Part shown: positions 19,923 through 27,917 of the stretch, in pieces
Numbering within the stretch: position 1 is the first letter of the stretch
Layout: each line of letters starts with the position of its first letter
From: an uncultured Actinomycetes bacterium
GTDB taxonomy: Bacteria; Actinomycetota; Acidimicrobiia; IMCC26256; PALSA-610
DNA length: 64,000 nt
NCBI GenBank assembly: GCA_963814995.1
Contig: CAWFFF010000001.1
Span: forward strand, 21,354 to 85,353
Direction of reading: 5' to 3'
Program-made: the position numbers and the translations under genes
Notes under the pieces: generated by a model
Database searches by the model: none
What the model was told of the DNA's origin: nothing
Seen by the model: only the letters and a program-made list of their open reading frames with translations

Positions 19923-20896
19923 CCGGTGAAGGCGGTGCCCCTTGCTCTGTCGACCGGAGAACCCATCCGTTTGTAGGCCGCGATGGCACGTGCCGTTTTC
20001 TCGGCACGTCCGTAACGCATCGGCATCTCAGTCGTGCGCCACCCGCCCAGGCTCATTAGCACTTCGAGTTCCACGCCGTTCGATTTCAGGTCGTGCGCCC
20101 ACGTATGACGGAATAGGTGCGCCCGAGCGCCCGTAACCCCCGCCTCTTTCGCGGCAGAGGCGATGACGCCTGCAACCGTCTTGTACGAGGCAGCACCACT
20201 GCGCCCTACGAATAGCTGCGGTAGGAATGCGAAGCCGTGCGACTCGCGCGCGATGGCGTAGCGGTTCAGGAGCCGTGCCGTTTGGAATCCGAACATCACC
20301 GTACGTTCGTAGCCACCCTTCGCTATGGCTGCGTGTACGAACGCCTGACGCGCGCCGATGTCGACATGCTCCGCCAGGAGCCCGGCACACTCCGAGGCCC
20401 GTAGGCCCGTGTCCTGGAGGAGTGCGAGCATCGCAGGGTCTCGCGTCGCCTCGAACGCGGAGCGCCCGCTCCGACGTGAGCCGGCCCCCTTCGCCAAGCC
20501 CCGCAAGGCGTCAGCGTCGATGGCTGCGGGAGGTGCGTATTCGACCACCGGCAGGAGAGGCACGTAGAGCATCGGCGACTCGGAGATGACGCCCTCGTCT
20601 ACGAGCCAGTTGTAGAAGGTGCTTACCGTCAGGTTGTAGGTATTGATGGTCGTCGCCTTCAGCCCCCGTTTCACGAGCGAGTCTCGCCACGCGAGCAGTT
20701 GACCGTCCGTGACGAATGCGGCGTCCACGTCTCCAAAGTGCCGTGCGAGCCGTTGGAGCTGTTCCCGCTGGTTGACGATGGTTCGAGGTCGGGCGCCTCT
20801 CGCGCCGAGCTCGTTCTCCCAAAATGGGACCCATTCGAGGAACGTGCGCCCCGCTACCGGGACGGGTCGGATGCGTCGTTTCGGTTGCCCTGCCAT
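19919..20896 (-). CDS. Tyrosine recombinase/integrase
   Basis: SAM-like N-terminal domain; catalytic set TGLRASE (R), KGGYER (K), HLFRH (H,R), LGGW (W), MRY (Y). Confidence 0.93.
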   Translation of the reverse strand: MAGQPKRRIRPVPVAGRTFLEWVPFWENELGARGARPRTIVNQREQLQRLARHFGDVDAAFVTDGQLLAWRDSLVKRGLKATTINTYNLTVSTFYNWLVDEGVISESPMLYVPLLPVVEYAPPAAIDADALRGLAKGAGSRRSGRSAFEATRDPAMLALLQDTGLRASECAGLLAEHVDIGARQAFVHAAIAKGGYERTVMFGFQTARLLNRYAIARESHGFAFLPQLFVGRSGAASYKTVAGVIASAAKEAGVTGARAHLFRHTWAHDLKSNGVELEVLMSLGGWRTTEMPMRYGRAEKTARAIAAYKRMGSPVDRARGTAFTG

Positions 20897-20986
20897 GCCT
20901 TTCGGTGCCTCCCGCTTGCTCGTCTTTCTGGCGACCTGGCGGAACGCCAGGAGCCAGCTACGAAGCGGCCCGGAGGGCCGAAATCA

Positions 20987-21026
20987 GGTAGCCTCCAACC
21001 CCCTATGAGCAAGAAGACGAAGAAGC
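20987..21026 (+). repeat. attR: 40-bp direct repeat that restores the intact bL37 5' end
   Basis: Identical to 15657-15696. Confidence 0.95.
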
Positions 21027-21088
21027 GCCGTCTCAAGGCCCGCCGCAACAAGGCGAACCACGGCAAGCGGCCCCGCGCCGGGCGCTGA
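21005..21088 (+). CDS. 50S ribosomal protein bL37 (actinobacterial)
   Basis: MSKKTKKRRLKARRNKANHGKRPRAGR contains the bL37 signature KANHGKRP. Confidence 0.9.
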   Translation: MSKKTKKRRLKARRNKANHGKRPRAGR

Positions 21089-21106
21089 ACCGCCGGTCTC
21101 CCGCTC

Positions 21107-21595
21107 CTAGCGCGCGCTCTCGCCGACCCAGCGGGCGCCCTTTTCGAGCACCGGCCGGGGTACGTCGTGCAGCACGCCGCCGAACAGCTCGGCGATCGTC
21201 GTGCCGGCCAGCTCGGCCCGCCACACCTCGTCGGCCCGGGTGAACGCCCGGTGGATGCCACAGGCCTTCGTGTACTCGCGTGCGGGCATCGCCATCGGGC
21301 CGCGGCGGCGGATCTCGGTGCAGCGGAAGGCGGGCTCGTCGCCGTCGATCGCCTCCACGACGTCGAGCACCGTGATCTCCGCGGCCGGGCGCGCCAGTCG
21401 GTAGCCGCCCCGCGCCCCCTTCACCGTGCGCAGCACGCCCGCGCCCGCGAGCGCCTGCAGGTGCTTGGCCAGGTACGCGGCGGGCACGCCGTGGTACTCG
21501 GCGAGCTTCGCGGCCGGGAGCGCGGCGTCGTCGGGCAGGCTCGCGAGCAGCACGCAGACGTGCACACCCCACTCGACCCCGTCGGACAGGCGCAT
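21107..21595 (-). CDS. Rrf2-family transcriptional regulator, RsrR-type [2Fe-2S]
   Basis: MRLSDGVEWGVH (E8, H12), GARGGYRLAR, FRCTEIR (C92), KACGIH (C112) match the Glu/His/Cys/Cys ligand pattern of RsrR. Confidence 0.88.
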   Translation of the reverse strand: MRLSDGVEWGVHVCVLLASLPDDAALPAAKLAEYHGVPAAYLAKHLQALAGAGVLRTVKGARGGYRLARPAAEITVLDVVEAIDGDEPAFRCTEIRRRGPMAMPAREYTKACGIHRAFTRADEVWRAELAGTTIAELFGGVLHDVPRPVLEKGARWVGESAR

Positions 21596-21599
21596 AACC

Positions 21600-21616
21600 C
21601 GGATACTACCTATCCG
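21600..21616. promoter_or_regulatory. Putative Rrf2 operator (6-5-6 inverted repeat)
   Basis: CGGATA-CTACC-TATCCG just upstream of the Rrf2 start, in the divergent intergenic region. Confidence 0.55.
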
Positions 21617-21675
21617 ATAAAAGGCCGGTATCTCCGACGAACCACCCGGCCGGCCTCACTACCATGCTCGGCGTC

Positions 21676-22164
21676 ATGGCCACGATCGACGAAGCCGAGC
21701 TCCTGCCCGACGCCGACCAGCACAAGCTGCTGATCGCGACGTTGGAGCGCGTCAACCGCACGAGCAACGCCGCCCGGGCCGCCGCGCTGCAGAGCAACAC
21801 CTTCGAGGGCGCACCGCTGCGCGACATCGTGAAGGCCGAGGTCGAGAAGGCCAAGCTGCCCGATCTCCTCGTCCGTCCGGTCGCCGACCGGGTCGAGGAG
21901 TCGCTCAAGCGCCGGGCGGGGAAACAGCACAAGTTCTCGCAGTACCAGGGCCTGGCCCTCCCGGCGTCCGCGTTCAAATGGGGCGGCTCCGACCGGGTGA
22001 CGATGCTGACCGCGTCGGGCCGGCGCACGATCTCGGTGCGCGTCGACCGCAGCCGGGGCGACCTCCGGCCGCCGCTCGCGGGCCGGCCCGCGGCGCTCGT
22101 GTACCGCAACGGAGAGTTCGAGCTGTGGGCCACCGACGTCGAGCGCAAGTCCGACGACGACTGA
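21676..22164 (+). CDS. TnpB-derived protein: N-terminal WED/REC region only, no RuvC (alternative start 21664)
   Basis: ELLPDADQHKLLIATLERVNRTSN, KWGGSDRVTMLTASGRRTI, ALVYRNGEFELWATDV are collinear with the IS605-type TnpB N-terminal half; ends before the RuvC-I GVDLG motif. Confidence 0.68.
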   Translation: MATIDEAELLPDADQHKLLIATLERVNRTSNAARAAALQSNTFEGAPLRDIVKAEVEKAKLPDLLVRPVADRVEESLKRRAGKQHKFSQYQGLALPASAFKWGGSDRVTMLTASGRRTISVRVDRSRGDLRPPLAGRPAALVYRNGEFELWATDVERKSDDD

Positions 22165-22171
22165 AGCCGAG

Positions 22172-23041
22172 CTAACCCTCGCCGGTCGCCTCGTCGCCGG
22201 GGCGGCGGACGTGCATCGGCAGGTTGCCGGCCCGCTCGACGAGGAGTGACTGCACACCCCGGCCGATCACGCCGTGCTCGTCGTGCAGCCGGGTGTCGGC
22301 CATGCCAACGCCGTGCGGCTGAGCCCAACCTCCGGACTCGAGACAGACCCACTCGCCCACGGGGTGCCGGTGGACGTGGACGGTCAGCTCCGGGTTGATC
22401 GCGTTCGCGTTCGTCAAGCGCACGGGACTCGCCACCCCGCTACCGAAGTCGGCGGCCGCGGCGACCCGCGCGACCGGTGAGATCGGCTCCCCCGCGATCA
22501 CGGGGCACTTCAACCGGAACCACGCGACACCGGGCCCGGGTTCGAGCCAGTTGCCCGCGACGAGGTGGACGTCGTGCACGTTCCAGAACCCGATCGCACC
22601 CTCGCCGAACGGGAACTTCTGGCGCTCGACCGAGTCGGGATGCGGCGGAGCGTCGACGTCGGGATGTACCGACCCGCTCGTGTCGACGTTTTCGGAGCGG
22701 ATGCGCAGCGCGGTCGCGCGCGCGACCTCGTGCTCGCCCTTCGCGAAGAGCATCGCCTCGATCCACTGCACCTTGCGGCCGGGCCGGATCGTGCGCACGC
22801 GCAACTCGAGCGGTTCCAGCGGTACCGGCCGCATCAGCTCGACGGTCAGCCGCGCGAGGAACGCGGCCGGACCCGGGTCGTAGGTCTCGCACACGGTCGC
22901 GAACAGCGCGCTGGGCGCGCCGCCGTGCAGCGCGTTCGGGCTCCACGGACCGCGGGCCAACGCGGTGGGCACGTAGCGCGCACCGTCGGGTTCGAACAGC
23001 GCGCCGTAGCGCGCGATGGGATCGCCGGTCGTGTCGGGCAC
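22172..23041 (-). CDS. Thioesterase family protein (TesB-like double hot-dog)
   Basis: ARGPWSPNALHGGAPSAL, ARLTVELMRPVP, AAADFGSG, INPELTVHVHRHPVGEW. Confidence 0.85.
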   Translation of the reverse strand: MPDTTGDPIARYGALFEPDGARYVPTALARGPWSPNALHGGAPSALFATVCETYDPGPAAFLARLTVELMRPVPLEPLELRVRTIRPGRKVQWIEAMLFAKGEHEVARATALRIRSENVDTSGSVHPDVDAPPHPDSVERQKFPFGEGAIGFWNVHDVHLVAGNWLEPGPGVAWFRLKCPVIAGEPISPVARVAAAADFGSGVASPVRLTNANAINPELTVHVHRHPVGEWVCLESGGWAQPHGVGMADTRLHDEHGVIGRGVQSLLVERAGNLPMHVRRPGDEATGEG

Positions 23042-23050
23042 CCGGAGAAG

Positions 23051-23431
23051 CTAGCGATTGCTCAGACGGCCGAAGCCCGGGCCGCCGTCGTCGCCGCGCC
23101 CACGCTTCCAGAACTGCCACCACTTCCGGCCGTTCGAGGTGCGCCCGAGCTCGCGCAAGGCCTCGGGCTCGGCCGCCTCGACGATCATCTCCGCGTCGTC
23201 GAGCACGTCCTGGATCGCTTCGGGACTCTCGTCGGGCTCGGGCTCGACCTCCGGACGCGTCAACGACCCCGCGACGAACGACCCGTCGATCAACGTGCGC
23301 TCGAACTGCGCGCAGTTCTCCGGGCACCGCCACGGAGCCTCTGGCGCGAGGTCGAGCACGCAGAACCGCGCGACCTCGCCGCCGGGATACGTGCGGCTCT
23401 CGAAGTGCCGGCAGTCCTCCCGCATCGCCAT
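23051..23431 (-). CDS. Hypothetical Cys-containing protein
   Basis: MREDCRHFESRTY...FCVLDLAPEAPWRCPENC; host-like codon usage. Confidence 0.7.
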   Translation of the reverse strand: MAMREDCRHFESRTYPGGEVARFCVLDLAPEAPWRCPENCAQFERTLIDGSFVAGSLTRPEVEPEPDESPEAIQDVLDDAEMIVEAAEPEALRELGRTSNGRKWWQFWKRGRGDDGGPGFGRLSNR

Positions 23432-23467
23432 CCCCCGAGTGTGCCAGAGCGAGAACACGGAAAAAGT

Positions 23468-23526
23468 CACCAACAGTTGTCGGAGATCTCAGCGGTGGGT
23501 GCGGAGAACTCCGACAACTGTTGGTG
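23468..23526. repeat. REP-like palindrome of the same family as 5613-5723
   Basis: 18-bp perfect arms CACCAACAGTTGTCGGAG / CTCCGACAACTGTTGGTG. Confidence 0.85.
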
Positions 23527-23537
23527 GAGTTGTGGCC

Positions 23538-24422
23538 TCAGTGCCAGGCCGGGAGGCGGCGGAGGTAGGCGAGCATCGCGTCGGAGGTCTCGCGCGGGCG
23601 TTCCTGTTGGGTCCAATGGCCGCAGTCCGCGATGACCACGCTTTCGAGATCGGGGACGCGCTCCTCCATCCCCGCCGTCATCGCGGGCGTGAGCACGGGA
23701 TCGTCCGCGGCCGAGATCATGAGGCACGGCACGTCGATCGTGCGGTCCGCGATGTCGGCGGTGAGCTCCCAGTTACGGTCCATGTTCCGGTAGTACTCGA
23801 TGGGCGGGGTGAGCGCGCCGACCGGACGGAACGCGTCCTTGTAGACGTCGAGCACGTGGGGTGGGAACGCGTCGGGGTTGTGCGTCGTCGCGCCGAAGAT
23901 CATCTCGACGAAATCGTCGGCGCCGCGACCCCAGGTGCCGAGCACCCACTCCGCGAGGCCGCGCTCTTGGAACTGGATGATGTAGATGGGCGTGTCGACG
24001 AAGATCTGGCGCAGCAACTGCACCGGAGGCATCACCGAGCGCGGCAGGTCGGGCGTGTTCACGCCGATCACGCCCGCGACCCGATCGGGATACCGGCGGG
24101 CCATGATCCACACAAGGATGCCGCCCCAGTCGTGGCCCGCGATCACCGCCCGTTCGCATCCCAGCGCGTCGAGCACGCCGACCAGGCACGCGTCGATCCA
24201 CTCGCAGTCGTAGCTGACGTCGGGCTTGTCACTGCGGCCGTAACCGGGCAGATCGGGAGCGACGACGTGGAACCCGGCCTCTCCCAGCGCCGAGACCTGG
24301 TGACGCCAGGAGTACGCCAGCTCGGGAAAGCCGTGCAGCAACAGCACGACCGGGCCGTCGGCCGGGCCCGCTTCCAGGCAGAACAGGCGGATGCCGTTGG
24401 TGATCACGTAGCGGCTGCGCAC
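23538..24422 (-). CDS. Alpha/beta hydrolase, epoxide hydrolase-like
   Basis: LLHGFPELAYSWRHQ, PDLPGYGRS, GHDWGG, CGHWTQQE. Confidence 0.9.
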   Translation of the reverse strand: MRSRYVITNGIRLFCLEAGPADGPVVLLLHGFPELAYSWRHQVSALGEAGFHVVAPDLPGYGRSDKPDVSYDCEWIDACLVGVLDALGCERAVIAGHDWGGILVWIMARRYPDRVAGVIGVNTPDLPRSVMPPVQLLRQIFVDTPIYIIQFQERGLAEWVLGTWGRGADDFVEMIFGATTHNPDAFPPHVLDVYKDAFRPVGALTPPIEYYRNMDRNWELTADIADRTIDVPCLMISAADDPVLTPAMTAGMEERVPDLESVVIADCGHWTQQERPRETSDAMLAYLRRLPAWH

Positions 24423-24499
24423 GAATCGTGACCCTAACGGGAACCGGCCACCCCACCCGCGTCGTCGGATCCCCGGGTCAACCGATGAAGGGGACACCG

Positions 24500-25264
24500 A
24501 TGCGCGCACTCACCTGGATCTCCCCGGCGAAGATCGCGGTCGCCGGCGTGGCGACGATCGCCGCGGTCGGCATCGCCGGCTGCAGTAGTAGCTCGAAACC
24601 CGACGCATCCGCCGCACTCACTGCCGCGACGACGCCGGCATCGAGCTCGGGCCCGTCGATCAACGTCTCCGGTCACGGTCAGGTCGAGGGCACACCCGAC
24701 GTCATGACGGTGACGATGGGTGTGCAGACGTCCGACCCGTCCGCGCAGGCCGCGCTCCAGCGCAACAACGACCGTGCGCACGCGCTGATCAACGCGCTGA
24801 AGAGCCACGGCGTCTCGGCGAAGGACATCCAGACGGTCGACCTCAACGTGTCACCGAACTTCGACAAGAACTTCCACGTGACCGGCTACTCGGCATCGAA
24901 CACCGTCTCGGCGAAGCTGCGTGATCTGGGGAAGGCCGGGGCGGTCATCGACGCGGCCGCGTTGACCGCCGGCGAGGACGTGCGCCTGCAGGGTGTCTCG
25001 TTCTCGATCGACAACACGAGCGCGCTGGTGGCCAAGGCCCGCGCCGACGCCGTCAAGGACGCGCTGGCCCAGGGCAAGCAGCTCGCGGCGGCCGCCGGGG
25101 TCACGCTCGGCAAGATCCGCACCGTCGACGACACCGGCACCCAGCTCCCGTTCCCGCAGGCACTGAAGAGCACCTCGTTCCAGGACGCGACGGCAACGCC
25201 GATCGAGCCCGGCTCGCAGCAGCTGAGCGTCGACGTCGTCGTCGTGTTCGACATTTCGACCTGA
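24500..25264 (+). CDS. SIMPL (DUF541) domain lipoprotein
   Basis: Lipobox IAGC; INVSGHGQVEGTPD, DIQT, ARADAVKDA, PIEPGSQQLSVDV. Confidence 0.88.
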   Translation: MRALTWISPAKIAVAGVATIAAVGIAGCSSSSKPDASAALTAATTPASSSGPSINVSGHGQVEGTPDVMTVTMGVQTSDPSAQAALQRNNDRAHALINALKSHGVSAKDIQTVDLNVSPNFDKNFHVTGYSASNTVSAKLRDLGKAGAVIDAAALTAGEDVRLQGVSFSIDNTSALVAKARADAVKDALAQGKQLAAAAGVTLGKIRTVDDTGTQLPFPQALKSTSFQDATATPIEPGSQQLSVDVVVVFDIST

Positions 25265-25300
25265 TCCGAAGTTCGGCGCCCTGATCCGAAGTTCGGCGCC
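25261..25300 (+). repeat. 20-bp tandem duplication overlapping the SIMPL stop codon
   Basis: CTGATCCGAAGTTCGGCGCC x2. Confidence 0.85.
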
Positions 25301-25374
25301 CCTGTTCCCCCGGGACGGCCCGCCGATCCGGGAGTACCGTCGCGGACGTTCGGCGCCGTCTCGGGGGAGAGCCA

Positions 25375-26775
25375 ATGGCGGAAGCGGCACGGTTCGCGCA
25401 CCACATGAGCGACGAGGACGCGCTCATGTGGAACATCGAGAAGGATCCTGTCCTGCGGTCGACGATCCTCGCGGTCGCCCTCCTCGACTCCGCGCCCGAC
25501 TGGGAGCGGCTGCGGCGCCGCGTCGAGCGCGCCACCCACTACATCCCCCGCTTGCGCCAGCGCGTCGTCTCGCCGCCGTTCCGGATCGCGCCGCCCCGCT
25601 GGATGGCCGAACCCGCCTTCGACCTCGACTTCCACTTCCGGCGCGTCCGCCTGGCCGGGCCCGCGACGCTGCGCTCACTCCTCGACGCGTTGCAGCCGGC
25701 CGCGACGTCGAGCTTCGACCGCGCTCGACCCCTGTGGGAGTTCACACTGTTCGAAGGGCTCGACGGCGACCGCGCCGCGTTGGCGTTGAAGGTGCACCAC
25801 TCCGTCACCGACGGCGTGGGCGGCATGGAGCTGCTCGCGCACTTCGTCGACTTCGTCCCCGACGCGGAGGAACGGCCCGACCGCGACGTGCCGGCCGTGC
25901 TCGCGGCGGAAACCGCGCGCATCGTCGATGTGATGCGCCTCTCGCTCGCGCACACGCGCCGGCGCGCGCTGGGGATCGCGCAACGCGCCCCGATGACCGC
26001 GGTGCACGCCGTCGCGCACGCGGTGTCGGATCCGATCGGCACCGCGTCGCAGACGCTGCGGACGACCCGCTCGATCGCGCGCACGCTCGCGCCCACGACG
26101 AGCCCGATGTCGCAGGTGATGCTCGGGCGGGGCATGGGCCGCCGGCTCGAGGCGTTCGACGTCCCGCTCGACGACCTGAAGCGCGTCGCCAAGGCGACCG
26201 ACAGCAGCCTGAACAGCGTGTTCGTCGCCGCGGTCGTCGGCGGCCTCCGGCGATACCACGAGCGGCACGGCTCCGCGCCGGTCGAGCTGCGGATGACGCT
26301 GCCGATCAACCTGCGCCAAGGCGACGACCACACGGCCGGCAACCGTTTCGCGCCGGCCCGGTTCCCCGTGCCGACGTCGATCCAGGATCCACGGGCGCGC
26401 ATCGCCGCGCTCGGCGCCCTCGTCCGCGAGTGGCGGGCCGAACCCGCGCTGCAGATGACCAGCACGCTCGCCGGCATCCTCAACCGGATGCCCACCGCCG
26501 CGACCACCGCGTTGTTCGGCGGGATGCTCAAGTGCTGCGACTTCGTCACGACCAACGTCCCGGGCGCGCCCGTGCCGGTCTACGTCGCAGGCGCGCGGGT
26601 CGACCGGTTCTACGCGTTCGCTCCGCCCGCGGGCGCCGCCTTCAATGTCGCCCTGATCTCGCACTGCGACACGTGCTGCATCGGCATCGTGATCGACACC
26701 GTGGCCGTCCCCGACGCCGACGTCCTGGTCGCGTGCCTGCGCGACGGATTTGCGGAGATGTGTGCGCTGGCCTGA
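25375..26775 (+). CDS. Wax ester synthase/diacylglycerol acyltransferase (WS/DGAT)
   Basis: FDLDFH, FDRARPLWE, KVHHSVTDG (HHxxxDG), TNVPG. Confidence 0.92.
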   Translation: MAEAARFAHHMSDEDALMWNIEKDPVLRSTILAVALLDSAPDWERLRRRVERATHYIPRLRQRVVSPPFRIAPPRWMAEPAFDLDFHFRRVRLAGPATLRSLLDALQPAATSSFDRARPLWEFTLFEGLDGDRAALALKVHHSVTDGVGGMELLAHFVDFVPDAEERPDRDVPAVLAAETARIVDVMRLSLAHTRRRALGIAQRAPMTAVHAVAHAVSDPIGTASQTLRTTRSIARTLAPTTSPMSQVMLGRGMGRRLEAFDVPLDDLKRVAKATDSSLNSVFVAAVVGGLRRYHERHGSAPVELRMTLPINLRQGDDHTAGNRFAPARFPVPTSIQDPRARIAALGALVREWRAEPALQMTSTLAGILNRMPTAATTALFGGMLKCCDFVTTNVPGAPVPVYVAGARVDRFYAFAPPAGAAFNVALISHCDTCCIGIVIDTVAVPDADVLVACLRDGFAEMCALA

Positions 26776-26791
26776 CCGTAGAGTTGGGGGC

Positions 26792-27913
26792 ATGACGACC
26801 CCCGACGATCTGAAGCTCCCGCCCGAACTGTTGCCGAGCGACGGGCGGTTCGGATCGGGGCCCTCCAAGGTGCGCGACGAGGCCGTCGCCGACCTCGCCC
26901 GCATCGCGCACGACTACCTCGGCACCAGCCACCGCCGCGACGGCGTGCGCTCGGTGGTCGGCGACATCCGCCGCGGGCTCGCCGAGCTGTTCTCGCTCCC
27001 CGACGGCTACGAGGTCCTGCTCGGCCTGGGCGGCTCGACGCTCTTCTGGGACGCGGCCGCGTTCGGGCTGGTCGAACGGCGGAGCACGCACGTCGTGATC
27101 GGCGAGTTCTCGTCGAAGTTCGCGGCGGTCACCCGGGCCGCGCCCCACCTCGACGACCCGCAGGTGTGCGAGACCGCGCCGGGCGAGACCCCGGCGTTGC
27201 CCGACTCCGTCCTCGGCGACGTGTACGCGTACCCGCACAACGAGACGTCGACGGGAGTCACGGTCGACGTGCATCGTCCCGCGGGCGGCGCGCTGGTCGT
27301 CGTCGACGGTACGTCGGCCGCGGGGGGCATCCGCGTCGACCCACGCGCATTCGACACCTACTACTTCGCGCCGCAGAAGTGCTTCGCGAGCGACGGCGGC
27401 CTGTGGCTCGCCTTGTGCTCCCCCGCTGCGATCGCGCGCATCGAGCAGATCCACGGCACGCGCTGGATACCCGCCGCGCTCGACCTCTCGATCGCGGTCC
27501 AGAACTCGCGCCTCGACCAGACGTACAACACCCCCGCGCTCGCCACGCTGTATCTGCTCGACCGCCAGCTGCGTTGGATGCTCGACAACGGGGGGCTCGA
27601 ATTCGCGGCCGGGCGCTGCGACCGTTCGGCCGGGATCGTCTACGGCTGGGCCGACGGCCACCAGCACGCAACACCCTTCGTCAAGGATCCCGCGCACCGC
27701 AGCACCGTCACCGCAACGATCGACTTCGACGAGCGGGTCGACACGTCGAAGATCAGTGCCGCGCTGCGCGCCAACGGCATCGTCGACGTCGAGCCCTACC
27801 GCAAGCTCGGCCGCAACCAGCTGCGCATCGCGCTGTTCCCGGCGATCGAGCCCGACGACGTCGCCACCCTGACCCGTGCGATCGACTTCCTGGTGGAGCG
27901 CGTGGCAGTGTGA
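26792..27913 (+). CDS. serC: Phosphoserine aminotransferase, actinobacterial type
   Basis: DGRFGSGPSKVR, HNETSTGV, YFAPQK, QTYNTPA, EPYRKLGRNQLRI. Confidence 0.95.
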   Translation: MTTPDDLKLPPELLPSDGRFGSGPSKVRDEAVADLARIAHDYLGTSHRRDGVRSVVGDIRRGLAELFSLPDGYEVLLGLGGSTLFWDAAAFGLVERRSTHVVIGEFSSKFAAVTRAAPHLDDPQVCETAPGETPALPDSVLGDVYAYPHNETSTGVTVDVHRPAGGALVVVDGTSAAGGIRVDPRAFDTYYFAPQKCFASDGGLWLALCSPAAIARIEQIHGTRWIPAALDLSIAVQNSRLDQTYNTPALATLYLLDRQLRWMLDNGGLEFAAGRCDRSAGIVYGWADGHQHATPFVKDPAHRSTVTATIDFDERVDTSKISAALRANGIVDVEPYRKLGRNQLRIALFPAIEPDDVATLTRAIDFLVERVAV

Positions 27914-27917
27914 CCGA

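Larger units (their letters stand above)
15657..21026. mobile_element. Integrative element (phage-satellite/defence-islet-like) inserted at the 5' end of the bL37 gene
   Basis: Perfect 40-bp flanking direct repeats; tyrosine integrase next to the right repeat; visibly more A/T-rich than the flanks; all cargo genes on the minus strand. Confidence 0.92.

Noticed and set aside
15657-21026. Calling the element a complete prophage or cf-PICI
   Set aside because: No terminase, portal, protease, tail or replication genes recognised.
21664-22164. Calling this an active IS200/IS605 element or Cas12 system
   Set aside because: No RuvC, zinc finger, tnpA, recognisable end hairpins or CRISPR array.
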